Shown: piece by piece, positions 13,546-27,234 of the stretch
How positions within the stretch are numbered: position 1 is the stretch's first letter
How the letters are laid out: each line of letters begins with the position of its first letter
From: Paraspadella gotoi
Taxonomy: Eukaryota > Animalia > Chaetognatha
Assembly (NCBI GenBank): GCA_051294375.1
Contig: CM119266.1
Coordinates: 411,132-475,131, forward strand
Direction of reading: 5' to 3'
DNA length: 64,000 bases
Translations under genes and position numbers: made by a program
Notes under the pieces: model-generated
Told to the model about the DNA's origin: nothing
What the model saw: only the letters and a program-made list of their open reading frames with translations
Database searches by the model: none

Positions 13546-14813
13546 GGCACTGAGTTGGCCTGTTCCAAAAATCTCGTCCGAGGTTGTTACCCACTGAATT
13601 CGAGTCGTCTCGAAGGGAAGCTTCCTGGTGGATGTGCACGAATCCCGTATTCAGGAAAAAGGGAGGATCAGGGGATCGCGGGACCAGGGGTCTTAGTAAT
13701 CAAGATAACAAGGGAAACACGTGTCACTCGAAGAGAGACCCCAGTAAAAACAGTGATTTTTCAGAGGTTTTAATCGGGGTCTTCGGGTCCGTTATGATCA
13801 TTGATCAAGATAAAAGGCGGTTGGAAATCGTCGCAAATATTTTTTCTCTCGTAACTTGTCTTAATCCAAGTTAATATAAAAAACCTTTAAAAATAACTGA
13901 GTCTCCAGTTTCTCTGGTCCTCTTTTCCCTTGCCAATCTGGCGCGTTGCCCACCCGAGGAACGTTCGCCTCTATTTTCCATCGTCGACGAAGGGTTGAGA
14001 GGAGAGAGAGTGCGATACATGTCTTTTTCTTCTTTCTCGAGCTCTCTCTCCCGCGTGAGTCTCCAATATTTCCCCAGCAGCTCCCCCCTCTTCACGCACG
14101 CGCCGTTTCGACGCGAGCCTCTAGCCCGCGACGAGGACAGAGACGAAGACGAAACCGACGACGACGAGAATGACGACTGCGCTGCGTCACGTCCGCACGC
14201 AGGCAGCTGCTGATCCTCGCCTGAAATTCGACGCCGCCCTTTAGCGAGCTGAGAAAAGGGGGCACGGACAAACGAGAAGTGGTGTCGCTCTACTTTTTGC
14301 CCACTTCTCAGGGTCGAGAGGAAGTGGATTTCGGGTGCCCACAATTAAGTCAGGGAATGGTAGACACAGTGGGAGTTAGTGTAAAATTGGGCCATCCATT
14401 TGAGCAATAAATTTTTAAAAGGAAGTACTAAAAATAAAAAAATCTGATAGATTTAATACCAATCTTTATTCTTATGATATTTTATAATATTTGTAGATTA
14501 AAAACGGAAAAGAATTACACTGGAAACCCGGAGGGTCAGCTGGATAACTGGATTGCCCCAGATCCTTATATAATAATCTTAAGGTTATTAAAACATTTCA
14601 TTAAAGACAGTTCCATGATTCTGAAGCTTTTACACGGATTTCAAATGGGAGTAAAATGAAATCATCAAATACTGTGGCTAAATTATCTGATATAAAGATT
14701 TCAGATTTTGTACCTTAGTTAAAATATTTGTAAACATTTTTTATTTTCTAATTCCTAGTAGTCCAGCTTCTTACTTTCAATGGCATGGACGAATTCAAAA
14801 AAAGCAAATATTT

Positions 14814-15562
14814 AGTCGGATCTGCTGATTCTATAATCCATTTTGTCGGTCCATCAGTCCCCCCGTAATCTTGTCGGGCATTCACTTATATTATGTCAGA
14901 ACATCGAATTATGATAAATTATGCAAAAAAAATGTTCGTCCATCTGTCTGTCCCACCTTAGCAAAAAACTCCAATTACTCGTGATTGAGCTGGATAAGAA
15001 GTTTTAATGGAATCGTGCGAGTGGAAATGAGTTTAAATGGAAAAAACAAAAAAATGTATCACTATTTGAACGCCAATTACTCACGAGTGGACGGGGCGAT
15101 TGACTTAAAATTTTGTATGTGGGTAGGAAAGTGTGTGATTAAGCTTTGATGGAATCGTATGAGTAGAAATGAGTTTAAATGGAAAAAACAAAAAATTTCT
15201 TTTTCTTTTTATATTAAATGTAAATGCAAGAAGTATTAATTAATCAAATAATCAGTTAATTAATCAGTCAATTAATCTATAATTAATTAATCTGTCAATA
15301 ATCAATCAATTAATTATTCATTCATTCAATTTATTTATCTATTAATTGATTATTCAATCAATTTATTATCAATTAATTATTTAATCAATAAATCAAGTCA
15401 ATCATTATCGGCATTATTGTCGTCGTCGCCATCTTCGTTGTCTTTGCTTTTGTCGTGGTCAGTGAAGAAAAGATCTAAAAACAAACATTTCGGATCTAAT
15501 TAATAAATTAATTACCACTAATGCTCGTGGGCAGATCCCACATGGTTTTCTCAAACATGTTT
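14814..15562 (+). mobile_element. Non-autonomous Helentron-associated (DINE-1/HINE-like) element, family A copy 1
   Basis: 5' AGTCGGATCTGC is inverted against 3' GCAGATCCCAC. Has GTCC/GTCT-type microsatellite and long similarity to 46764-47247 and 59281-60575. Confidence 0.7.
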
Positions 15563-16246
15563 ATATTTGTACAGGACCTTTCTGTTATAAGATATATTTT
15601 TAATAAAAAAATGAAATGTTTTAAAATTTTGGTTAATCTTACAGATACAGACATTGGAGTATGTGTCTGAGCAATCTGAAAGTCAAAAGCTTTTTCTCAA
15701 CCACAATAACAAACTTTTTCAATTTATAGTTTTTTTAGTTAAAAAAATCCGATTTTCCCATTTGGTTTTAAAAAATCATATCTTCTAAACCACTTGACCG
15801 ATTGTAATAAAATTTAGAAACATTGATTCCTTTTATAAAAAAAATTATTTTTTTTAATTTTTAGAAATGTTTTTATAGAGCGTTTGGAATTTAATATTAT
15901 AAAGTGGCGGATTTTTTTTGCACCTAAAACGATTAATGTGCAAGCAGTTTGAGAGTTCCAAAGAAAATGCATAAATGAATACTGTACATTTTTTTAAAAG
16001 TTTTTCAATGTTTAAATTTTTTACTTTTGGTAGTCAAAAAGCATGTTCTATTGTTTGCTTTCATTCTTGTAATTTTATGACTGTAATTTTCGGGTTTTTG
16101 ACTTAAAAGTTAGAAAGGAAGTATATCGTTTATTTTCCTGCTAATTTGTAATTTTTGTTTGTTGTTGTTTTTGTTAGTACTACTAATTGTATCTACTAAA
16201 ATCCTGTAAAAGTTATTTTTAATTTCATTCGACCACTCTCACAGCG

Positions 16247-19200
16247 ATGGAAGTTGAAACAGACGAGAAGAAACTGGAAGAGGAGGAAGAGCGCGCCCCC
16301 GAGATGTTACCCTCCGACGAAGACGTTTTGTTGGGAAACATGGATGAGGAACTGGACGGGGAAGGTGAGTCGCACGAAATAATAAAGTCTCATCTTTCCG
16401 AAAGATGTCAAAAAAGGGAACGTTTTGCAAGCGAATCACGACCTCAATAAATATTAAATTTGAAGGAAGGCAGATTTCGTAGTTTTTACTACCCAAGGCA
16501 AAGTACAGAATCCCTCTGCTAGTTCAGACTACAGTAATACTAATTTTGTGATGTCCTTACGTCGTCGGCCAGGTGGTGAGGAAATCAACGAGGATGCGCT
16601 TCTTGCTGAGGAGGAGGAAGAGGAACAGGGAGAGGAGTATGAGGAGGGAATGATAATGGACGAGGAAGAGTTCGAGGAAACTCTGGAGGAGGAAGGGGAG
16701 GAGATTTCGGAGGAAACCATGGAGAACGAAGAGGAGGAAGAAGACCAGTTTCCGGACTCGAACGCCGATAACGATTTTCCAGAGGACGAAGAAGACGCCG
16801 AAGGGGCGAGGGTGGGTATTGTTGTCGTTTTTATTAAAGAAACCATCTTAAATTCTTTGTGAACGTGAATCCCCGCCACCTTCTTTAAACTTCTCCCCAT
16901 TCCAACTTTTTCTATTCCAGCCCAACGACGGCTCTGACGGCGACTCCCGCGGCAGCAGCGGCGGCGTTTCCACCGACGGCCAGGTCGTTCACCGCACGGT
17001 CGTCTCCGGTTCGCGCGACCTTCGACGCGAGGTCCACATGCGTCACAAATTCACCGACGCCGCTGGCGACAGGAGCAGCGAGAGGAGTCGCAATTACTAC
17101 ACTCCAAAGGGCATGTCCCAGTCCCCCTACAAAGGGGCCTACCAGTGTCCCTACTGCCCTTCCGTGTACAGTTTTAGGGGTAAGATCTGCGATAGTACAT
17201 ACTTATTGAAGAGATGAGGGGTGAGCGTACAACTTTTTCCCAATTCATCAACCAGGGGATTTGTTCAAGCATTTGCGACGCAAGCACCACGGAAAAGAAC
17301 CGCTGGTTCGTTCCGGTCAAATTCCCGTCTTGGATCTTAAATCTGGCAAGTGCGAGCCGATCCGGGCCCCGCCGAGACAATACAAGTCCAGCGCAGGAAG
17401 CAAGAATTACCGACTCTTCGCGTCTTACAAAGCGGGGTATGGAAGGGGGGGGTAAGGTGTGGTCACTGGTCAGAACGGAGCCACTTCGGAAGTTTTCTAA
17501 TTGTCTGATTTAAAATGTTAAATATTTTAAATTTTTCTCACAAGATTTTTAGGCTGGTAACCAATACATACCTATTTATATTCATATAAAACTTTTCAAT
17601 TCTTTCCAGATACTCATTCTCCAGTAAACCGCAACCGACCCAAGCCTCAAATTTTCAGAATCCTAAAGTCAAATTCAAATGTCCCCTCTGTGCCAACATG
17701 TACCTCTTCAAAGCTAACCTCAACAAGCACTGTCACGATTTGCACTTCGAAGAGGCGAGTGGCCGCTGTGCAATTCTACGAAACAAACAAATGTATTTTT
17801 AAATTTTTTTCTTTTCGCCCATTGCAGTATCCCAAGATCAAGAGCGGCGAGATCAAAGTGCAAACGGTCCCTATCTCTGGTCATCGGCGGAATCCTCCCA
17901 ACGCCCGCAACACGGCTCTCCGCGATGGGAAAGCCGTCGCCCAAAAGCATCCCAGCGGGTCGGTGCCTTCGAACCGGTCCTTAACTCATTCATTATTCAA
18001 TTTCAGAGGTTTCATTCGTAAAAATCGTTATTTGCTTTAGCAGCATCCCGATCAACGGAAGGTCGGACCTCGACGAAAGTGAAGATCTCCGGTACAAATG
18101 TCCGCTCTGCACCATGTCGTACACGAACAAGACGAATTTAATTTATCGCCACATTCGTCAAACTCACCCTAAGTAAGTTGAACGTTGCTTTTTTTTTCTT
18201 TCTTAATGTCGCCGTCTGCCGACGAGCGTCGCTGTGGTCGATTTTGTTGGGGAAGAACAAAAGTCACACGTCGTTAATTGATGAGAAAAGTTTGATAAGT
18301 TATAAGTTCTTTAAATTTTGTTAATTACTTACGCATAATGTTTTAGTGGCAAGCTTCCGACAAATTTCGCTATCAGTCTGTCGATTTTATATTTAAAATG
18401 TGAAGGTAGTATAGCCAATTCTCTTCGTTCACCGATCGGAGCCAAATAATAATTAATTTTTGGGATAATTTTTTTTTCTTTTTCAGCCAATACGAAGCGG
18501 TGAAGGCGGGATCTTTGAAGATCAAGATCCTTCGTGCCAGATCAGGCGCCATCATGGCCAACGCATCCGCCAAACTCGCCCACCACAATGGGGATGCCAA
18601 GGTCAGGTCTTCCCTGAACTCCCTTCATATCTTCAATGCCACAGGACGCAACCGCCAAGAAGAAAACATCGACGATGAAAGTGAGCGAAATTACTTTTAA
18701 GACACTAGAATCTCGTACAGATTGGCAATTGAAATTTGTAATTTTAATTTTTTTTTAAGTCGACGACGAACCGTTGGACGAATTTAGTGAAAACCTCGAG
18801 ATGGACCCGACTTCGTCCGCCCACGAGAAGGGAGAATTCCAGGTTCTGGAATTTGTTAGCAGATTTTTGAATTTTTCTCCATCGTTCTAGGAAAATAAAA
18901 CTAGTAATTTTCAGGTCGGGGATCGCGTTTTCACTCCCGGCGTCAAATACAAGTGCCCTTTCTGTCCACAAATGTACTCTCTTCGCGGGAACCTCACCTA
19001 TCGTCACATGAAGCAAGCTCACCCCGCAAAGTACTACGCCCACAAAGCCGGCCGAATCGAAATGCCGATAAGGATAATCCGAGGGGCCACGTCGGCCAAC
19101 GCGTCCCAAACCGTCGAAAAAACCGCTCCCTCTGGCTCGAATCCAGTAAGACACTTCTCTTCACGAAATTTTCGGTCCGTTCGCGAATTTGTAATCTCTT

Positions 19201-22200
19201 AATTTCCAACGATCCCCTTCCCTCATCCCCCAGGCTTCCCCATTTTCCCAACTCGCTAAAAACTTGAGCACCGTGACGGGGAACGTCGTCGGCGAGACCG
19301 ACACGAACGAAGTTCTCTACAAATGCCCCATCTGCAGTTTCACGTCCGGTTCGAGAGAGTATCTCATCTCGAGGCACATCAAGGTGGGTTTCTCGTCTGA
19401 ATATTAAATGCGTCACTGACGCCGTCAGTGTACTCAAAATGCGATTGTTGATATTTTTAGGACCGTCACCCATCGCGATTTGATTCGGTGAAATCGGGTT
19501 TCATCAGAATCAAATGCTTGCAGTCCGGTCGAGAGGTGGACTCAATTCGTTACCAGGTCTTGAAATATTTATGAGTGTTTGTAACATAGATTATATTGGT
19601 TGTACCAATTTCATAGAGTTAAATTTACCAATTGTCGTTTCCTCACTTTTCTCAATTCTCTTCAGTGTCCTGGATGTTCCAAATCCATGGCCTCCAAACG
19701 CGCGCTCCTTCACAAGCACATAAAACACCAGCATCCGGGGATGACAGCCTCGATCACGGCGGGAATCATCGAGATCAAAGCGATCGGCCGTCGACACTCT
19801 GACGGGCAGACGGACGGGCTTTTGTCCGAAGAGTCGGCTGACGATCCGGTGGAGGACGCCGATTTCAGCGTTGACAATCCCTATTTCGATACGGTAATTT
19901 CTGCTGTCTTGGAACAGATTAAGCATCTCCGTTTTGGCGTTGAAAATTATTGATTTTTTTTAAAAGCATAATTTTTTTAAAATTAATCTTACATTATTTT
20001 CTACAGGTCGAAGAGGAACAGGCGGAGCTGACGCGTCCTTTAAAACGAAAGACTCTGCCTTCGAGCGCCGTGCCTCAGCAGGGTATGGAGCTTTCCTTGG
20101 AGGGCACCATACAGCCCATGCCCGACGACTTTAGCTGGAAAGTCCGTGGCTGCGACGTCATGTACAAATGCCCGCTCTGCCCGCGCATGAATATGTTCCG
20201 CGGAAATCTCCTTCGATATCACATGACCCGGGAGCACCCGGGCTCGCGGGAGGCGGTCTTGGCCGGGACGTTGCAGGTGCGTCGGGTTTTGGTCCAACGC
20301 TCCTTCAATACTCGCGCCCCGAGCGAGTCGCACCATACCCCGCTCGCCTCCTCTGCCATCGACATCGACGGGTTCCGCTTCAAGTGTCCCTTCTGCAACT
20401 CGACCTACGCTAACATGTGGGACTTGCTCCACAAGCACATGTACACCTACCATCCGCAGCATCAGGACGACTGCAAGCGGGGAAATATTGAGATCCCCGT
20501 TTGCACGGACGCCGATGTTGGGGGCAGACACAAGACATGGAAAGGCCTGCCCGGACCGGACGGGAAAGGATTCGTCCCAATCGGTAAGGATACTAGAAGT
20601 GGAGAAGTATTTTATTTTTTTAGGATTCACCCTTCTTTAATCTTTCGTTTTTCCTAATTTTCAAGGAATATATAATTGAAAAAAACCTTTTATCGTTTTG
20701 ATTTGTCTAAGCGGTTAAAGGTATTGCCTTTTTTAGATTTTGTTTACTTTTTGATGACTATAAGTTTCGGTTAAGACGCCACGCCTCCCTTTCTCTTCTC
20801 CGACGGCCCTCGGGTCTCCCTCGGCCGAACGATCGCCAAACTCAAGGAACATCTGCTGTTCAAAGCCTTCAATTTCGGTTAATTCTTTTTTCGAGTTTTA
20901 TTTGGATTTCATTCCGCGTTGCAGTTCGTTGACGTTAATTTACGTTTTTTTTTTTTCGTTCGATTTGTTTATAGCCCCCCTTCGACTTCGTTGAGATGTT
21001 TTGGACTTTCTAACTTTACAACTCATCCTTATTTTTCCCACCCTAACCACCGTTTTTCCTACCCAACCCCCATTCGACCCCCCCCCCTGCAACACGCGTC
21101 CCACCCTCATTCTTCAACATTACCCAGACGAGGATGGGTTCGAGATTGAGGATGCTGTCTTCGCCTCGAACGACATGCAGATGGAGGCGGTTGACGTCGC
21201 CGCCGACGGGACATCCTCATCGCCGTTCGCCGAGGACGACGACTACGAGGATTATGTGCCTGAACACGGGGGAGAGGAAGAAGATTACGAAGAATTAAAG
21301 ACGTCGGCATCGCCGACTACAAAGTCCGTCTTGATGACAGCTCCCGTGACGATTCCCGATACGGCGGTTGAAGAATCAAAGCAGAAGAAACCTATGTCGA
21401 GGTAGGGATGTATGATGACTTGTATGATGTTCTGGTTAAAATGGAAAAGAGATGAATTCATATTCATCAAATTCCCCCTCCTCCCCCCCAAGTTTCCCGG
21501 CCGGTTTCGGCGTGGGTCCTAAAGGCGGCGTCCCCCGTCAAGCGCCCACTGGGCAGGTGTTCTCGTGCAAGTACTGCGGAGTCGGGTATCACTGGGCGTC
21601 TAACATCCGGCGCCATTGCCTGAAGCATCATAAAGCAGAGTATGAAGCTGCTTTAGAAAGAGGTGAGGGACAATTTTATTTGTTTATTTTCTGTTAAGAG
21701 CTTAATTTTATTTTTAAATTACAACTTATTTCATTTAGGCGAACCCTCTTACGTCGTGACGAACACTGACAAGCAGACAGGCGAGGAGCTGACCACCAAG
21801 ATTCGCTGTCTCGACTGCCACTCGCTCATGGGTAACCACATGGCCATGAAGAAACACATATCCGTCCACCACGTGTATCTCTTTAACAAAGAGTATACTT
21901 CGGGTGCCGAGACTGGCGTCAAAGAAGCTGGCGACCGTCAGCTGCGGTGTCATGCTTGCCGACTCTACTTTGAGGGAGAGTTTGGCCTCGCTAACCACTA
22001 CTCGCGGGAGCATTTCGATCTGATACGTGAAGGAGACGCCTCTGGAGCGACGCCCGCCACCGCCGAAAACGACGCCGATGACGCCCGAACGGAACGCACT
22101 TCGCCGCGAAACCTCGAGGACGACATCAGGGCCGATGCGGAGGAGGGCGCTCGCCGCGCCGACGAAGATGTCGGAGTCGAGACATCGGCGGGGGCGGCGT

Positions 22201-25200
22201 CGTCCCCGTTATCGTTGGCGACAGAAGAAGATGCGAAGTGTGAGGAGGGCGACGACGCGACCGCTGAGTCAACGAAGTTGCCGGCGACGACGACGCCAAC
22301 TCCTCGAAGATCTTCGCGCCAGGCCCTGAGGAACCGTGCACCATCCATAGAAACGAGGGATTCCGTCTCGAAAACTAAAAAGGATGGAAACGAGAGGACG
22401 GGGCACATTGAAGATTCTGAGGAACACAACGGCGGGGAGCATGTCGCGGCGGAAGATGAGGCGGGGGATAGAGAGGAGCCCCAAGAGGGAAAGGGAGGAG
22501 TTAAGGAGGAGGGCGAGAAGGACTCGGAAGGGCCCGAGGCGAAGGAGTCCGTCGAAATCACGCCTGCCAAACGGGGCGGCCTTCAGTGTCCTTTGTGCCC
22601 GTCCTCCTGTAACTATCGTTCTCTCTTATTGAATCACATCAAAAAGTATCATCCAGGTGAGATTAACTGGATTAACGTTGTTTCCATTTCACTATTCATA
22701 TGACTGATTTAATATTTTCTTTTTTCAGTGGACGGCGAGCATTATTGGAAGGAGCTCATGCAAGAACGATACAAATGCCCACTCTGCACCGCGATTTACA
22801 AGAACGACTTTGATCTACCAAGACATATAAAAAAGGTACAATACAATAGTACCTAGGACCCATAATGAAATTAACTATTTCGAAATGTGGATTTTTTCAA
22901 CAATGGTTTTTATTGTGTACCAGATCCATCCTAAGTACTTCCGGCCAAACGCCACTATCACCTACAAACCGTTGTCGAAACCTCCGGAGAAGAAAGAAGT
23001 GAAAGAGGAGCCGAAAGAAGAAGAGGCGGTGGAGAAGATGGAGGCCGAAGGCGACTCGAACTCGAGGTGAGAGAGAGAGAGAGAGAGAGGGGGGGGGAAA
23101 TCACCAATGGACTTTAAAAAACGTTATTCCCCTCGCAATTCTTATCCAATCAGCATCGAAGGAAACGAGGATCGGAATCTCGAGATCGCCGACGACGACG
23201 CTAACGACGGGGAGGACGACGACGACGACGAGAGAGGCGAAGAGGGCGACGGAGGCGCTGACGATTCGATGGATGACGTTGGCGGCGTCAGATTTCCCGA
23301 AGAGATCGAAGGTGTCTCGGTCAACCCCAACGACAAAACCAACCCGCCCCCACCCCTATGGCATGATCCGAAGAGGGAGGGACTCTGGGTTCACTACAAG
23401 GTCAAGGAAGAAGGGTAAGTAAAAGTTTTGTGAGTCTCTTTAAATAGTTGAGCTAAAAAGTATTTAAGCTAAAAAATAATTTGATACGATATGATTTGTG
23501 GTATATCAACCAAACTTTAGGAAAATTGAAAGGTTATGGGTCTACATGGTTCCGCAATCGGACGGAACGTGCAAGTACCAGTGCCCCACCTGCCCGGCCA
23601 TTTACTCCCACAAGCACGACGTCCCTAAACATATCCGGCGCAAGCACCGCGTTACGTCGGTGCCTGCGACTCCTCAACTCAGCGCGCCTTTCACCAGAAT
23701 CGTCGAGGAGAAGAAAGACGCCGAGTTGAACATGTCTACCGACGTTGTGGACGGCAGCGATTCGGATTCGCCAGGTTTACCCTCGTTTCATGTTCTTTGT
23801 ATTTTTTGTCTTCAAGGAAAAAGTGAAACAGAAACGAAACCGTAAAAAACCTTTGATTTATTTAGGTCGGAGCGCCCAGATTCAATCTTCCCCCTCTTCC
23901 GACTACACCCACAAGTGTCTATACTGTTCTTTCGTTTCCACTCCCGACGCGGCCTCCATGCCGGATCACATCGAGGCCACCCACCCCTCTTTCTATGATA
24001 CTTTCATCCAGCACATCTGGCCCAAAATCCTGGCTGACTCGGAGAAGAAGGCTAAAAACCCGAAGACGCATGTCGCACTAGTCAGGGCCGCGCCCAAATC
24101 TGGTAAGAAAGTACGGAACGAGAGAGTTAAACTTAAACAAGCTCTTGCATTTTCCAAACTACATACGACACGTAAATCAATGAATTAAAAGTCGCGGTTA
24201 ATTCGTCTCATTAGTGAAAGAACGTCAAGGCTCTCTTCCACCCGGAGAAATGACGCTGACAACTCAGCAATCCTCGCTGATCGGAAGATTCGAGTGTCCC
24301 TCTTGCTTTTCGACCTACGGGACCTACAGCAATGTGGTGCGGCACATCAAATCCAAGCACCCGCTTCAGATCCAGGAACTAGTCAAGGATATTATGGTCT
24401 ACGAAAGCGTGTCGGCCGAGGAAGCGGGCTTGGTAAGAATCCGATTGTAAACAATTTTGAAATTTAAAGTAGTAACACTATCTCCTCCAAATTTAAAATT
24501 TATGTCCAGTCACCGCAGACGCCCCAGATGACCCAGACAACCCAAATTCCGCAAATAAAAGATTCAAGTTCGAGCGACAGCGGAGGCGTGCTGCTTCTCA
24601 ACTGCTCCATTTGTAATCTAGAATTTATCAGCGATTACGGGTTAAAGAAGCACGTTGACGACGCTCACCCTGACGCTTCTGCTGACAACAAGCTTTTGGT
24701 CTTGGCCCGTAATGGGGAACCCCGCTCCACGATAGGCAGGATGCCGCAACCAGACTTCGACGCCGACGAATCGATCACCTTTGTCGACGAGGATATGGGG
24801 GCGCCCAGCCCTATCGAAGGTTAGGACCCAGACTGGGGTTGGGAGTTAAGCGAATTCTCTTGTTTTCCGTTTAATTTCAATTCATTTCCTTTTATTTCAT
24901 TCAGCCGGCGCTTACATCGTCCCGGAGATGCAGTACGGCGGCGATATATCTCAGTCTTTGTACTGCGCCCAGTGCAACGTATCCTTCAAACATCGCAAGT
25001 ACCTAATGGCTCACATCCGCAAGAAGCACCCGGACCGACGCTACGTGTGCAACGCCTGCCCGGCGATGTTCAAATCTCATCAAGATCTCATGGCCCACCA
25101 GAAGGACCACCATTCTAATCTCAAGTTTAAATGCTCACATTGCAACATGAACTATAAATCCTCGAAAGGACTTTTTGCCCACCTCAAAACTATGCATCCC

Positions 25201-27234
25201 AACGCCCCATCGCTGAAGGATTTCAACAGGTTGGTCGTTTGTGATATTGGTTAAGTTGATTTGGTATCTAATCAATAATTTTTATGTATCCTTTATAAAA
25301 TTAAATGCATATAATGTAGGATTCCAAATTATTAAAAATTTCAATTTTTTTTTATCAAGAACAGTTACCGAAACGTTTACTTGTTCAAAATAAATGGCAA
25401 TAAAAAAAACAACCAGTTTTTTCTCAATTTCCAGGATCAAAAACATTTCATTTCAGCTTTCGTGTGGAGAGCAAAAATTAGATATAAAATGATGGACTAA
25501 GCATGTTCAAGGGAATAAAAAATCAATTTAAATATATAAAAAATAATTTTAAAATGTGTTTTTTTTTTTACCAAGTTAAGACATAACTGCAATTGATCTC
25601 ATGAAAATTTTTCCTTTAAAAAATTTTTTTAGTCCCATGTGGCGACTCTCGAATGAGTATGGCCATTGAGATACTGTATGCAAAATCGTATAAAATTTGG
25701 TCAGAACCGATTCTCGGTCAGAAAAACGGGGAGAGCATTTTGTAATATGAAGACTTCTGTTATTACATTACTGATTTATCCTTCAATCAATCAATCAATC
25801 AATTAATCAGTAATTTAGTGTGATTTTTTTATTTCACCGCAGCGGCTTCTACGAATCCGACCGCTTGGATACGTCCAGCCCAGAGTTTGGTCCCGGACGA
25901 GATCTGGATCTCGAGCCCCAGGGTCTCGCGGCCCCGGCGTCGACGGCGACGTTGGCCATCCTTGCGCCGCAGCGACCAAGCTTCGGCGAAAGTGTCTTCG
26001 CGGGAGGGACCTACGAGCTCGAGCATCCAGTCAATCATCTGGGAAATGACGTCAGGAACGAGGCTTTGAGCGAGGATTCAGGGTAAGGCAGATAAAAGAT
26101 ATGTCAGAGAAAGAGAGAGAAAAAAAATACTAATGCATTTACCCTTTCTTTATAGGTACCCTGGACTACGAATCGACAAGATGACGGCAATCAAAGAGGA
26201 GATGCTTGGAAGCGACGGCGCCGCCGAAAACGACGATTATCCGCTTCCGACTCTTGCTTCCCTTCAGTCCGGATTGCGGCACCCTCCCCCTCAGAGAGAA
26301 GGTAATTGGATAAGCAATAAAACTACCGATAATACCGATATGCTAAATATTAAACTTAAGCTTTTAAATATAATCTAAATGTTCCCGTTTTTGCTCTAAC
26401 AAAGCAGGTCCCTTGCTCTCCGACGAGATGGAGTCGAGCGGCACCGGAGGGTCGGCGCTGATGCTGAGAAGTCTTCTCACCGGCGGCGGCTCGGGCGGAG
26501 TGGGCGTTCCCACCTCGGTTGACGTCGTTGGCCGAAACTCACCCGTCGATCTCGACTCTTCCCTTCGCTCCTCGCCCGACTTTCCCAACGAGGACAACCG
26601 ATCGGCGGAAGGTAAGTTTCTCCTAGTTTTGATTGTGAAAAAAATATTCTTCAACTAATATTAGAATTAGTTTCATTCATTTTATAAGAAAATATTTTAT
26701 TTGCCAAAATATTCCAACTGTTTTTCAGTCCTCAATCATTGGCAGTGAAAAATACATGATGATAGACAAAGAAAATGAGAGAGAAAGAGACAAAGAATGA
26801 AAAATAAAAGGCGTTTTAGTGGTCAAAAATTGACCCAGAAAAACCCAAGAAGGGTTGCCCCCCAGGTCGCACAAGCTTCAAATAGTGTTGAAATATTGGA
26901 CATAAACTCTCGTTGTAGTTCGTAATTCATAATTTTTTTTCTCTTTTATTCGTCGCAGCCGTGAAAATCCCGCAGAAGCTGAAATGCGCAGATTGCCCGT
27001 TCGTCACTTCGGTCACCGTCATTTTTCACGAACACAACAGAATGCATCACAACGTCACGGAATTTCGCTGTCCTCATTGCAGTTTCAGGTACGAGATAGA
27101 GATATACAAAAATAGTTGATATGAAATTATAGTATCTTAATATCTGCAGTTCCCCTATTCGCGAAGAACTAGTACAACACCAACTCCTTCACTTCGGCAG
27201 TCTCCTTTTGGCCACCAGCCCTTCGATCGGCTGA
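16247..27234 (+). CDS. Large multi-exon C2H2 zinc-finger protein (roughly 20 fingers, acidic N-terminus)
   Basis: Starts MEVETDEKK at 16247 with a Glu-rich exon. Many CxxC...HxxxxH fingers in successive exons (e.g. CPYC, CPLC, CPFC, CKYC, CAQC, CADC). Last exon SSPIREELVQHQLLHF...SIG* ends 27234. Not every junction was checked. Confidence 0.85.
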
